DNA of 64,000 bases from assembly GCA_030390025.1 (NCBI GenBank), contig CM059432.1:36830001-36894000 (forward strand), given 5' to 3'. Of the stretch, positions 25,259-37,604 are shown in pieces. This DNA is from Squalus acanthias (Eukaryota). Numbering within the stretch: the first letter of the stretch is position 1; the number at the start of each line of letters is the position of its first letter. A program made the translations under genes and the position numbers. The notes beneath the pieces are model-generated. The model worked only from the letters and a program-made list of their open reading frames with translations, had not been told where the DNA came from and did no database searches.

Positions 25259-25668
25259 AAGAAATTGCATTTACATAGTGCCTTCCACAACCTCAGTACG
25301 GCCCAAAGCACTTGACAGTGGAGTACAGTCACTGTTGCAATGTAGGAAACACAGCAGCCAATTTGTGCACAGCAAGGTCCCATAAATGACCAGATCATCC
25401 GTATTTTAGGTGTTGGTTGAGGGTTAAATATTGGACTGGACACTGGGAGTACTCCCATACTCTTCTTAAATAGTGCCATGGGATCTTTTATATTCATTCG
25501 AGAGGGCAGACGAGGCTTCGGTTTAATGTCTCATCCAAAAGACGCCATCTCAGACAGTGCAGCAATCCCTCAGCACTGTACTAAAGCACCAGCCTAGATT
25601 ATGTGATCAAGTCTTTGGATTGGGGCTTGAAACCACTAACTTCAGACTCAGACTACCACTGAGCCAAG
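25259..25668 (-). mobile_element. DeuSINE
   Basis: Reverse homology to 1349-1790. Confidence 0.8.
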
Positions 25669-26159
25669 ACTGTTGCAAGATGACACTATTAAAGTAATTG
25701 CAAAACTGAAAAAGCACTGCATGACTGAAGCACTGTGACGACAACCCAATCAAATTTCAATGCATTCTGGTGTTGCCTCCTCCACAACATAATTTTGCAG
25801 ATGAAGCCATACTTATTTTATATATGTGGGTTTTAAAAAAAATAGATTCACACATTGTGAAAAAAAGATCCAGAACCCACTGAACATGATTCCTAACCAA
25901 CGAAACGGCCAACATCATAACAAACTTCATAATAAAAACCTGTATATCAGCGGATATTTTATATGGGTTTTAATTCTACAAATGTGCCAGAGTGCAAAAA
26001 CATCAACAGCACTAGGCGCATAGAGCAGGAAAAAACACTTACAATTATGAATTTGCTTTGAAATGTTACAAACAAGTTGTAGAACTGGGCCATGGAAAAC
26101 AGTTTCTAATCCACAGTGAAGAACCTTACTAAACCCAAGAGTAAACACACACCAAGTCA

Positions 26160-26632
26160 GTCAACACCTGTGGAGAAATTATAGCATAACATTTCAGGTC
26201 GTCGGAGACATGGTCTTCACCTTTCGTTTTCCTCCTCGCACGCAGACTGACCTGTTGTCTATTTGCAACATTGTGCGTTTTTGTTTCAGATTTTCATTTT
26301 TTCTTTTTGACATGGCATCTTCACTCGGTATTCTCACCTCTGAGTCAGAGATTGGAGGTTCATGTCTCACTCCAGGCCTTCAGCAGATAATTTAGGCTGG
26401 CATTGTGCAGTATTGGAGGGGGGCTGCATTTATCCCCATGTCAAAGTCAATATTCGTACCTCAACCAACACAACCAAAAATTGGTCATTCATTTAAGTGC
26501 TATCTGTGGGACATTGCTTGCACAAAATGGCTGCACATTCACTTACATAACAAAAGTGGCTGCATTTCAAATAAATTTATTCTGTGTGAAATTCGTTCGA
26601 GAGCTTGAGACATGATGAGATGCATAAATCAG
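26160..26632 (+). mobile_element. Old PLE-derived remnant (26160-26300) followed by an old DeuSINE (26315-26632)
   Basis: acatttcaggtc, gactgacctg..atttgcaacatt; diverged SINE head, core and tail. Confidence 0.55.
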
Positions 26633-26847
26633 TTTTTTTTTTATGGTCACGTTTATTTCCAACACCAGATTTCTGATTGGTCACCTTGGAGGACAAGACA
26701 CACCCAGCAGTTTCTCTGGAATGTGTAATTAGATCCTGCCTGCCCAAGTAATCAATTACTTTGCAAAGTGTAATTCGAGCCATTCTGACTGACAAACTCC
26801 AGACAGAACAGAGCTTACTTAGAACAGACAGGGCTCAGCCTTGAGGG

Positions 26848-27085
26848 TCAAGACCTTCTCCCCCACCGGCCTGAGTTTCTGACCTTTGCCCTCCCCAACA
26901 AGTTCCTGACTCTGACCTTACCTCCACCCCACCCAAGTTCCTGACCTACTCCGCCTGTCCAAGTTCCTCCCCCCACACCAAGGTTCTTGGCCTTCTCCCC
27001 CTGCCCAAGTTCCTCCCCCGCCAATCCAACCCCTCGGGTTCCTGACCTTCTCCACGCAAGAAGTTCCTGACCTCCCCCACCCCAA
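26848..27085 (+). repeat. Degenerate C-rich minisatellite, core (A/G)AGTTCCTGACCT, period ~20-30 bp
   Basis: About 9 imperfect units, plus one more at 27427-27445. Confidence 0.75.
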
Positions 27086-27237
27086 TAGATGGGGTATTGT
27101 GTGTGGGTCACAGATTAGTAACAGGTTTATTCGGTATGAAGTGAATCGTCTTAGTGTCATGACTTCCGGATTTTATCCAGTCCAATGATGTCACTTGCCA
27201 CACACACCCCGAGCTTTCCAAGAAATCAACCAGGTCT

Positions 27238-27268
<31 letters not shown>

Positions 27269-27450
27269 GGAACCTAGTGCAGGTGTAAAGTGGGTGGGGT
27301 TGGAAGAACGTGATCGGTTTTACCATCTGGATCACATTCTTGCGCTCATTCCCCCCACCTTTAGTCCTGGATCACGTTCTTCCCCCATCTCATGTGCTCT
27401 CCGTGCTCTTTACCACCCCGCCCCCAGAGTTCCTGACCTCCCCTCCAATC

Positions 27451-28173
27451 CTGTAATGTGGTGACCAGAACTGCACGCAGTACTCAAGCTGTGGCCGAAC
27501 CAGTGTTGTATACAATTCTAGCATAACTTCCCATCTCTTATATTCTATGCCTCGGCTAATAAAGGAAAGCATTCCGTATGCCTTTTTAACTACTTTATCG
27601 ACCTGTCCTGCTACCTTTAAGGATCTGTGGACATACACTCCAAGGTCCCTCTATTCCTCCACACCTCTCAGTATCCTCCCATTAATTGTGTATTCCCTTG
27701 CCTTGTTGCCCCTCCCCAAATGCATTACCTCACACTTTTCTGGATTGAATTCCATTTGCTACTTTTCTGCCCAACTGTCCAGTTCATCGATATCTTCCTG
27801 CAGTCTAAAGCTTTCCTCCTCACTGTCAACCACACGGCCAATTTTTGTATCATCTGCAAATTTCTTTATCATGCCCCCTACATTTAAGTCTAAATCATTA
27901 ATATATACTACAAAAAGTAATGGACCGAGTACTGAGCCCTGTGAAACCCCACTGGAAACAGCCTTCCAGTCGCAAAAACTCCCCTCAACCATTCCCCTTT
28001 GCTTCCTGCCAGAGCCAATTTTGGATCCAGTTTGCCACTCTCCCTTAGATCCCATGGGCTTTTACTTTTTTGATCAGCCTGCCATGTGGGACCTTGCCAA
28101 AAGCCTTGCTAAAATCCACATAGACTACATCAAATGCACTGCCCTCATTGACCCGCCTCGTTACCACCTCAAA
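27451..28173 (-). mobile_element. CR1 RT internal fragment
   Basis: DFSKAFGKVPHGRL, GVSQGSVLGPLLF, KFADDTKIG, LVRPQLEYCVQFWSPHY. Confidence 0.9.
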
Positions 28174-29379
28174 GATCCCCTCACTCTCTCCCCCCCCTCC
28201 GATCCCCCCGCCGATCCCCTCGCGCCCCCCCCCCCCCCCCCCCCCCCCCCCGATTCCCTTGCTCTCTCTCCCCCCCCTCTCCAGGGCCACCAACGGATCC
28301 AATGACCTTCTGCTTACGGAGCTGAGGAAAGTGTGGCCCACGCTGCAGGCTGCAACTGTTGGGTACTGCGCATGCACGGCTTCGGTAAACAGCGCACATG
28401 TGCAGAAGGGGATCGGGTGCGCATGCACGGCTCCGGGATGCCGCTCGCATGCACAGAAGGCCGCAAAAGTGTTTGTGCAGATTATCACTGTTTTTTTAAA
28501 ATCTTTCCCTACTAAGCCCAGCGCAGTAAATTTCTAGTACAGTACATTAATGGGAAAACTGGCATGTCACTCAAACAACTCAACAATATCCTGCGCTGAT
28601 CACGAAACTGCAAATGATGCCAACCTACTCTTAAGTGAGGGTCAACGGTTGTTTTCTGGTTTAGCAGAGAGGGCACAGCCCAAGGCAATTTCTGATTTCC
28701 CCCCCCCACCGCCCTCCCTCAGCACCAGAAAGTTTAAAACCTCAGTTCTAACAACATGCTACATGTAGTTACACAAAGACAAACACTGTACAATGAACAG
28801 GGCTGTGACATTTCCAAAAAAAACAGATGAAGTTCCTGTACCCTTAAATTGATGTCATGAACAAAGGGTATAAATAACTGAGCCTTACTGTCACTTGGAT
28901 TTCAGAGTATCTAATGGTGATGTTCATCTGAACTATGAAAAACACCAGCTGCACAATTATATATGTTGTCTTCCAAACTTGGGTAGTGACTGGAAGGAAC
29001 ATTTTCCATGAAGTGCCACTGGTCACTGGTCCATCACCGGCGGTGGTTAGTATTATTTGAGGTGGCAAATAAAGATGATCAGACAAGGCGGCTATTTATT
29101 GCATTTCACACTGATGCTGGGACAGAGAGTGTTGCTCAAGCAGAGAACTGTGACCACCAAGCATTGCTCTCCCCTTTTCACCAAATCAGCATGCCACCTG
29201 TCTCTGTGGGAGAACCAATAGGACATCTGACAGTCACCCTCAAAATCCAGGAAAAAGATGCTGCTGATAGAACATCGAATGTGTCAGTATATATACACAC
29301 GCCACTTGGGCATGTTATCTGAATCCCCGCTCAGAGATCCTTGTGTACTCAATTAAACCCATATACTTAGCTTCAACTA

Positions 29380-29750
29380 AACATTACAAGATGACAAGAA
29401 AATTATGGATGAGCAAGGCCATTTGGCTCATTGTCTTAGTACATCGATTCACAAATACCCTACAGTTCCCCCCAACACCACATCCAATTGTTTCTTACAT
29501 GATTCCAGGGTTTGTGCCGCCACTATTGATCTGGGGTCCATTCCATACATTGATCACTCCGAAGAAGAATTTCCTGACATTAATCCTAAATTTGCCTTTC
29601 ACTAATTTGAACCTGTATTTCCTCGTCTTACTTTTGCAATTTAATTTAGTCATATTCCATATTTACATTTTCCACTCCCTTAACTATCTTACACACCTCT
29701 ACAAACGATCACCTCTCTGACACCTCTTTTCCAGGCTGAAAAGCCCACAA
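29380..29750 (-). mobile_element. Old CR1 3' fragment
   Basis: Degenerate CR1 3' coding region and tail. Confidence 0.55.
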
Positions 29751-29779
29751 AAAATGACTTATTTCCTCTCCTCTACCCC

Positions 29780-30007
29780 TCCTCCCTTCAGCTGTCTAGG
29801 TCCCATGCTCTGGAAATGCCTCCCTGTACCACTCTGCCTCTCCACCCCCCTCTACTCCTTTTAAGATCCTCGATATGCAGTTTGTGATCATCCCTCCAAT
29901 ATCTCCTTCTTTGGACCAGCATCCATTTCTTTTTGATTACACCTCTGTGAAGTGCATAAGGATGTTTTTCTATGTTGAAGGTGCTATATAAACACAAGTA
30001 GTTGTTA
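29780..30007 (+). mobile_element. Old L2 3' end
   Basis: ctctggaa..cctccct...aaggtgctatataaacacaagtagttgtt, homologous to the reverse complement of 8095-8320. Confidence 0.75.
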
Positions 30008-30649
30008 TTTCTAATTTTCAAAACACAGTGAATCACAGTGAAACAAAAAAGAAACAGAACATTAATCTACGTTTTGTGATGGATTTCCTGTTTCTGTTCA
30101 CAAGGTATTGCAGAAAAATGAAATGGACTACGGTACAAAGATTTACAAACTAGCTTTTTATCTTCAGTCATAATGCTGTATTAAGGATAAACCTAACTGC
30201 TGATTTCATCTAATAGCGTATTGGTTAAATGCATTGTATGTTTTGATGCTGAGCTATATAAACAAGAACTAATTGAAACAGAATTTTTCCTGACAAACTA
30301 GGATGCATTTTTCACAGGATACTGAAAATACCAAGTTCAGAGTCTGTTACTATGTGTTGAGAATATATATGAATTATGTACATGCAGGAATAAAAAGAAA
30401 AAATGCGAAAGATAAACATGGTGCTGGAAATACACAATATTCGATATGAAAATTGATTAATTCTTTGGCTCAAATCATTCATCAGAACATATTCTCATGA
30501 TCCCACCTAAAACTACAACAATTTTCATTTATCTAGTGTCTATAACGGAGCAAAACATTTCATAGGCGTAATCAAAACAAAAGAAAGCTAAGCCGGGGGG
30601 GGCCCACAGGCCATGTTACAATAGTGGAAGTAGGCAGCCTTAATGATTA

Positions 30650-30690
30650 GGGGTTCTGATGAAAGGTCGTCAACCTGAAACGTCAACTCT
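30650..30690 (+). ncRNA. Minimal type-I hammerhead ribozyme motif
   Basis: ggggtt CTGATGA a aggt-cgtca-acct GAAA cGTC aactct: intact core, helices I and II, loopless helix III, GUC triplet. Confidence 0.65.
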
Positions 30691-30753
30691 GTTTCTCTCT
30701 CCACAGATGCTGCCTGACCTGCAGAGTATTTCCAACATTTCCTGTTTTTATTA
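30653..30753 (+). mobile_element. PLE-derived short element inserted in an old L2 remnant
   Basis: TSD ttaatgat(t/g)aggg at 30640-30652 and 30754-30766; body homologous to 23324-23402. Confidence 0.8.
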
Positions 30754-30959
30754 TTAATGATGAGGGCAATCTGGGTTGAATGGGACACTGAAGTTGCAAG
30801 TAGTCTGGTTCAGCCAGAGACAGTGGCTGGGGAGGGGGTGGAATCAGTAGCATGGAAATGGAATTTAGGGTTAAAGACTTTGGCTTTGGACTTCTCAATG
30901 TTTAGCTGCCGCTCTAATGAAGAGTCTCGCTGGAAACATTAGCTTATATTATGCCTTAA

Positions 30960-31140
30960 AAATGCAAAATACTATGAATGCTGGAAATCTGAAATATCAA
31001 TAGAAAATGCTGGAAATACTCAGCAGGTCAGGCATCATCCATGGAGAGTAAAACTGTTATCGTTTCAGGTCTGTGAGCTTTTGTCAGAACTGGAAAATGT
31101 TACAGATGTAAAGAGGTTTTAAGCAAGCACAGAGGCAGGG
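30960..31140 (-). mobile_element. PLE terminal-repeat fragment with degenerate hammerhead
   Basis: Homologous to 42042-42130; minus strand reads CTGACAA...GAAACGAT (G8 mutated). Confidence 0.7.
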
Positions 31141-31225
31141 AAGATGGTTGGGGGCAGGGGTGAAGATGGTTGAGGGCGGGGGGGGGGGTGAAGATGGTTG
31201 GGGTGGGGGTGGGGGGGGGGGAAGA
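31140..31225 (+). repeat. Three tandem GAAGATGGTTG + G-run units
   Basis: gaagatggttg three times, separated by G tracts. Confidence 0.8.
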
Positions 31226-31289
31226 CTTCAGTTACATCTTTCAAATGCTGAACTACTGTGCATTTTTAAAATTTAATACATTTGCACTC

Positions 31290-31720
31290 ATTTGAAATTT
31301 TCTTCATCTCTGGGACCTGGTTTCAAATCAGACTGACAGGATGAAAGTCTCCTCTTTCAGGTGCTTTAATGGCAGTAGCACAATGAAGTAGAACCAGTCT
31401 CAATTCAGCTTCCTGAGAGAGTCAGCCCACAATATAAAACTACCCACAATTCAACATGAATTGATACCTCATTCAAAAACATTATAGGATGGTAAGTATG
31501 GGAAATGGAAATACCAAATGTTTTAAGACACATTGTTGGATTAGAGCTGAGCAAACTGAAGTCCACCCATATTGTGTCGAACCAGAGAGCATTTATTTAA
31601 TACAGCAATGGAGAAGTAACTTTACCCCACTCTGTATCTGATCTGAACGACACAATGCACAATCTAAGTCAAAAGTGCAAGAGTTCCATTCCCTGCACGG
31701 ATACTCTTCAGCATGAATAC
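31290..31720 (+). mobile_element. Possible LF-SINE-like ancient SINE
   Basis: tcatctctgggacctggtttcaaatc...gatgaaagtc...gtctcaattcagcttcct resembles recalled LF-SINE consensus; similar head at 33905-33990. Confidence 0.4.
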
Positions 31721-31849
31721 AAAACTCCACCAAAATCACAAATCTAAAAAAAGACTCATGTTTTAAATTGCACGGTTAGTGCATTCTCCATGAGGGGGAT
31801 TTTTTTTCAACCAGGATATCAGTATCAAGTGCAGATTGTTCTGCAACCA

Positions 31850-31988
31850 CAATACAAAAGCAAAATACTGCAGATGCTGGAAATCTGAAATAAAAACAGA
31901 AAATGCTGGAAATACTCAGCAGGTCAGGCAGCATCTGTGGAGAGAGATGCTACCTGACTTAAGTATTTCCAGCATTTTCTGTTTTTAT
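31850..31988. mobile_element. PLE-derived fold-back element
   Basis: Inverted arms; TSD ttgttct(g/t)caacca at 31836-31849 and 31989-32002. Confidence 0.8.
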
Positions 31989-32994
31989 TTGTTCTTCAAC
32001 CATTTCAGCTAAACTTCACTTCAGTGTCGGCAGAAGATTCAAAGTTATCACTGTTAAGGGAGTATTTCATATTTATTAATAGGAAGTCAGTGATTTTAAC
32101 TTTGCATTTGCCTGGAACGGTCACTTGAATTTTATCTGGAGGAAATCAACCCTAGAAAGGAATCAATGTAAATTTGGTTTAGACATGAACTAAACAGGGG
32201 GTGAAGTTAAATCAGAAAAAGAAGAAATACAGGAACAAAGTACTGGAGAGAACAATGAATGATCAGAGCCTGAGGAATCAACACACCATCACACATAATT
32301 TGAAAAGCTAACAAGTCCAGCTATGACAAATTTACTCAAAAACTTTTTCACTATAAACAAACTTCTGTCAAGATCCACTTGAAATGTGCAATGCTTAGTA
32401 GAAACTAAAAGCTCACTCGGACAACCCATCCTCAGAGCTGGTACAGTAATAAGGTACAACTGGATAAGATTTCACTTGTTTGAGCAAGGGGGGAAAAACA
32501 GAAAACTACATTCAAGATAGGAATTGCACAGAAAAAAGACCACGCTCCATCCAGTTTGTCTTCTAACATCCTGGTAGTCTCCATGATAATGGAGTTGCTG
32601 ACTTATCGTGGCAATCAATCTCTATCAATTAGTCTACAACAGACCCAGGCACAACACGTGGAAAAGTTTGGGAACCATCGGTCCAAAGTCACCTGTTCCT
32701 CCCAAGCATGCTACACTTAACACATCATGTTTCAAATTACTTATATACTGTATCCTAAATTTTATGAAAGAAATCTATCTAACAAGGCCTAAAAACATTT
32801 TTTTTATATGTATTTGCTCTTGAGATGTGGGCCTGAGAAAGTAGAGGTGTGACTTTTATAACTTGTTTTTTCCAATTGAGTGGCTTGCTTGGCCACTCCA
32901 GAGGCAACCATGTAACAAGAGACTGGAGTCACATGCAGGACAGGCTGGTTCCCTTTAATGAGCCAGATGTTTTTCTAACATCAGAAACAATTCA

Positions 32995-33125
32995 GTTCTG
33001 ATGAAGGCTCCATATCTGAATCGTTAGCTTGCCCATTCTCTCCATAGATGCTGCCTGACCTTCAGCGTTTCTTACACCTTCTGTTTTTGTTTCAGATATC
33101 CAGCATCTTGAGTATTTTGCTTTTT
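32995..33125 (+). mobile_element. Old PLE-derived element with degenerate hammerhead
   Basis: gttCTGATGAaggctccatatctGAATcgtt...agatgctgcctgacc. Confidence 0.65.
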
Positions 33126-34879
33126 TGTTCATTTGGGTTTTAACATCAATTTGCCTTGGTGAAGGGAGACTAATCCGGCAGTTTCATTGCTGATCACTTC
33201 CACTTTAAGTGCACGTATGCACTGCAGGCACCTGTTGAGGAATGGGTCAAGCTTGGCTGCATTTTCCTCCAGTCGGATATCCAATCAGCATTCTCTGCCC
33301 AGGCTCCCATGGATAATTGTTGCTTACAGGAGGTACTGGCTCACACTCCTGGAACTGCACCTTGTAAGGTAGTCAATACCTTCAGCAAGAAGTGAGGGGG
33401 GGGGGGGGGGACGCTGAAGCAAAAGATGGCCAAGACAGCAATTAAGGAGAGTTGGAAGAGGAAATATGCTAGGATTTTCACTCTTCATCACTGTCCCAGT
33501 GAATCCTATTGGAAGGTTCAATTATATGGATGACTGGTGAGATGAGGTTGAGGCTCACATGTGATAAATGGTCACTTGTGCAAGGAGCCAGAGGGTTTCT
33601 GTAATGTTGGCACAATGGCCCAGCAAGTGTCAATGCCTGAAAGAGGGGGAGAAACTTAGATGTTTGGGGGAAGGGCACAGAAGAGATGAAAAATAGTTCC
33701 TTGACCAAGTTAATACTGGAAAATTCAGTCCCGTAAGTTGTTCATTGAAGCTCTTAATGACCCATGAACCCTAGTGGGAGGGGATTTTGTGCACCAGAAT
33801 GTATCTTCCCACTCAGCATGAAAGTCACAGCTCCAGGTGCAGCTTTTACAACAGTGCAGCCTGTACGTTATTGTAAAAACAGAACAAAATACACACGTAC
33901 AAGGTAACTGGGTGGTACAATGGGTTTAAACAGTAACCCTTTACTTCTGAAATCTGGGCTCAAATCCAGCAGAGGCAGATTTCCTCACAGGAACAAGTTT
34001 GAAGCTATTTCAATTCAAGAAGGAGCAAACGGCACAAAGTAAACCAGAACGATTATGCATAACCGGGCAGTTCCATGATTGTTTATTACTGAAGAAGCAT
34101 CATCAACGGCACCCTCTAATAGCTGCATTAACAATTAAACCAGTGGGGACAAGGTCAGATTGGAGCTGCTGTTAGATCACCATTTGCTTGTCAAGGTGCA
34201 AATCTGGATTTCATTTTTTAAATATTTGTTCAATACACAGTGATGCTGGCAAGGATGCATTTAACGCCCATCTGTAGTCACTCGAAAAGATGAGCTTCCT
34301 TAGCAATTGAAAAGGATATTAGAAGTCAACCACCTAGTGAAGCAGTTGGGTTTTTACAATAATCTGGCAGCTTTTATAGTCATTTTTCCTAGTGCCAGCA
34401 CATATTTACCAGATTTCTTGAATTCAATTTCTCTTGGGTTATTCATTCAGTATGGTAACCACTGCGCTACTGTACCTGATAGCATCTGAATCAGGTTTGA
34501 AGAATTCACATCAGGATTTAACGACTTCACTTTTATGTCTGCAGCTAACTGATGCTGCAGTAACTCTCCATGACTAAAACTTAACCACACTTGTATTTTA
34601 TTTTGCTAGGTTTTTTTTTTAAAGTTCCTATTTTCACATCCACAGCCATGAAAATCATGGACATGCTAACAAAAGTCGGCGTTGACCTAGAGTCGGAGCA
34701 GGAAGAAAGTTCAATAGGGAACAGCTTTCAGCACCTCTCCCTTGGACCCCCAAGTAGAAAAAGGCAGTTACTTGCAGCTGCCACATGGATAACTGCTATG
34801 GAAAACCGAAATGTCTTACTAGTGCTCGATCTTCATTGAGCTTTGAGGAAAGGGGAGATGAATTGATCAGGCTATTCCA

Positions 34880-35470
34880 GGAATCACAGGGATCCAGTGA
34901 TGAGCTTTGAAGGTGATGAATCTATGCTTTTTTTTTGCCAAATCAACTGAGTTGAAATCCTCAGAGGTCATGCTATAGCTGTACGTTGCCCTGGTCTTGT
35001 CTCAACTAGTGTGCGGCATACAGTTCCAGTTGACCTATAATTAGCTGGCCATCCAGGCCCAAGAGGATATTCCCTATGTCCAAGAGAAGCGGCATGAGGA
35101 ATTATTTGATAAAGTAGAACTCTTTAGCCTCAAAAAGAGAGGGGACCTTGGAATTAGTTGATAAACTAGGCTTTTTTAGCCTCAAAAAATGTTTGAGGCG
35201 ACCTTAAAGAGGATAGGGAAAGTAAATCTGAAAAAATACTTTCAATACACAGGGCAGGACAATAAGGTAAAGCTTCGGGGCTGTGAAGGGCAAGTTTGGG
35301 ACAGGTGCAGGAAGCAATTCTTTACACAGAAGCTGGTCAACAGGTGGTAGTGGTGGCTGCGGAGGATGGTTGAGGCCAGGGTACATTAACAGATACTGTA
35401 ATGGGAAAACAGTAGAGTTGGTATTGCAAAAGGATGAGATCAAATTGGCTGAAATATCTTGGTGAATTTA
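34880..35470 (+). mobile_element. Very old CR1 3' fragment
   Basis: Degenerate LY.ALV, LFSL.KR and KGKFGT remnants. Confidence 0.5.
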
Positions 35471-35785
35471 TTCTGCATTATGTATTAATGACTAACTATT
35501 TGTCACACGTTGCTGGAAAATTGTTACTCTTTCCTTTGCACTGTAATGAACTGAGTTATTTATTCTTGTGTAAGTCACACTGAAAGATGATACAGCCGGA
35601 GCCATCAATAGCTGTTGCACAAATCTGACCCTGGTGGAACATGAAGAGACACTGGGGAGCCCATGGATTAGCTAAAAAAAATTCCCACAGCATCACAATA
35701 CGCAAAAAGAGAAGGTAGTTTACAGCTCGTGGTGGTGTGTCATGACTTTGAACCCCAGCCTCCTGTAACAATCCAATTTCTTTGT

Positions 35786-35905
35786 GTTCTGATGAAAGGT
35801 CATCGAACTTTGTTTCTCTTTCCACGGATGCTGCCTGACCTGCTGATTATTTCCAGCTTTTTGTGTTTATTTCGTATTTCCAGCATCCGCAGTATTTTGC
35901 TTTTG
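35786..35905 (+). mobile_element. PLE-derived element with the hammerhead 3' half deleted
   Basis: gttCTGATGAaaggtcatcga then deletion; ggatgctgcctgacctgctga...cagcatccgcagtattttgc. Confidence 0.75.
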
Positions 35906-36599
35906 TGTTGTCCCTAATTGACAGATGGGACAAACCAGCTGGCTGATAATAGTGTTGCGTGGATGGAAAAGGAAAATATCCCCAAGCCTTGTACCCTTAT
36001 AAGCTGACGGAGAACAGAAGAAATCCACAGCAGCCAGATCGGGGCCGTCTCCCCAGCACTGTGTGAACTAAAGAACAGTTGACTGGCAATTTTTTGTCCA
36101 GGAGTTTGGAGACATGCTTCTTAAACCACCAACTCTCACGACTACTGAGACCGTCAGTACTTTTCCCAAGCATTCTACAGCTCAAAATGTTCTCTCCAGA
36201 CACAACCCAAGTTTAAAAGGGTGTTTTCTGCTGCACAAGTGAACATGGAGTGAAAATGTCACACTCCATTCGCAGCTCTTCTGTGAAAGACGCAGCCCAT
36301 GCCAGCCTACAACGGGGCCTGGAAAACATTTAAGCTTGGGCTGCCTACTAGGTAGCAGGTAACATTCATGTTAAAGAAAGGCCAACCACCAACTTTCAAA
36401 GGCTCCACTTTCACCAACGCAGTTACCAACATCTTAAGAGTCACCATTGACCAGAAATTTGACTGTACCAACCAGGTCAACACCCTGATTGCAAGAGCAG
36501 GGTAGAGACTGGGTGCTCTGGGACAAGTGGCTCATATGGAAATGATGCATAGCAGAGGAAGTCTGAAGATGGAGAAAAAATTAATACATATTGAAGAAA

Positions 36600-37460
36600 A
36601 ACCAACTGCAAATAAGGTGGGACATAAAGTTATTGTCTGAGATTTAGGACTGAAATCAGGAAGCACCTTTTCATGCAACGGTTAGTCGTATGGGTACGGT
36701 AGCATAATGGTTAAGTTACTGGACTTATAATCCAGAGAAGGTGAATTCAAATCCCACCATGGTTTGAGAATTTGAATTCAGTTTAAAATTAAAAGCTGGT
36801 ATCAGTAATCCTGACCATGCAACTGTCAGATTGTCATAAAACCCAAGCATTTCACTGAAACAAAAGTAAAATATTGCGGGTGCTGAAAATCTTTAATAAA
36901 AGCAGAAAATGCTGAAAATACTCCTGAGTTAACCTGAAACGTTAACTCGGTTTCTCTCTCCACAGATGCTGCCTGACCTGAGTATTCCCAGAATTTTTTT
37001 TTTTAATTCCATTCCAACTCTTTCAATAATGTACTTCAGTGCCATCCTTATCCGGTTGGCCTATTTGTGACTCCAGTCCCACAACAACATGGTTGACTCT
37101 TAACTGCCCTGTGTAGTACCCTAGCAAGCCACTCAGTTGTATCAAATCGCTACAATACAGTGATTCAAGAAGGTGACCCACTAGAAATGGACAATAAATG
37201 CCAACTTTTCCACTGAAGTCCTCTCCAAAGAATGAATTTAATAAAAACTGGCAATCCCGCCCCCCCCCCCCCCCACCCCGCCCCAACAAAAGGTTGTGGA
37301 TGATGGCTCAATTGAAATTTCAAGACCAAGATCAATAGATTTTTGTTAGGTAAGGGTATCAAGAGATCTGGAGCAAAGGCGGGTAAATGGAGTTGAGGTA
37401 CAGATCAGCCATGATCTAACTGAATGGCGGCACAGGCTCGAGGGGCCTACTTCTGTTCCG
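36600..37460 (+). mobile_element. Nested cluster: CR1 3' end interrupted by a SINE (36690-37240), itself interrupted by a PLE fold-back (36858-37005)
   Basis: CR1 reads through 36600-36690 and 37290-37460; SINE head ggttcaaatcccaccatgg-like with Crack-like tail; cctgaaacgttaactc PLE motif. Confidence 0.65.
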
Positions 37461-37604
37461 ATCGTGAGGAAAGACAGCAAACCCAGAGAGTCCCAGCTTG
37501 ATTGAAACATACTTTTTTCAGCCAATCTATAGGACAGCTAAACTAAGCCAGTAAGGTGGACTGGAAACAAGTTTCAGAGTATATTTGGACTTTGTTCACA
37601 CAAT

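Noticed and set aside
26848..27085. CRISPR-like repeat-spacer array
   Set aside because: Units are degenerate, spacers are short C-rich low-complexity sequence, there are no cas genes, and the context is vertebrate
27547..28537. Proline-rich ORFs of 252 and 129 aa
   Set aside because: Antisense to CR1 plus translation of poly-C runs
34648..34839. ATG ORF MKIMDMLTKVGVDLESEQEE after an acceptor-like sequence
   Set aside because: Short, no recognisable homology and no good donor
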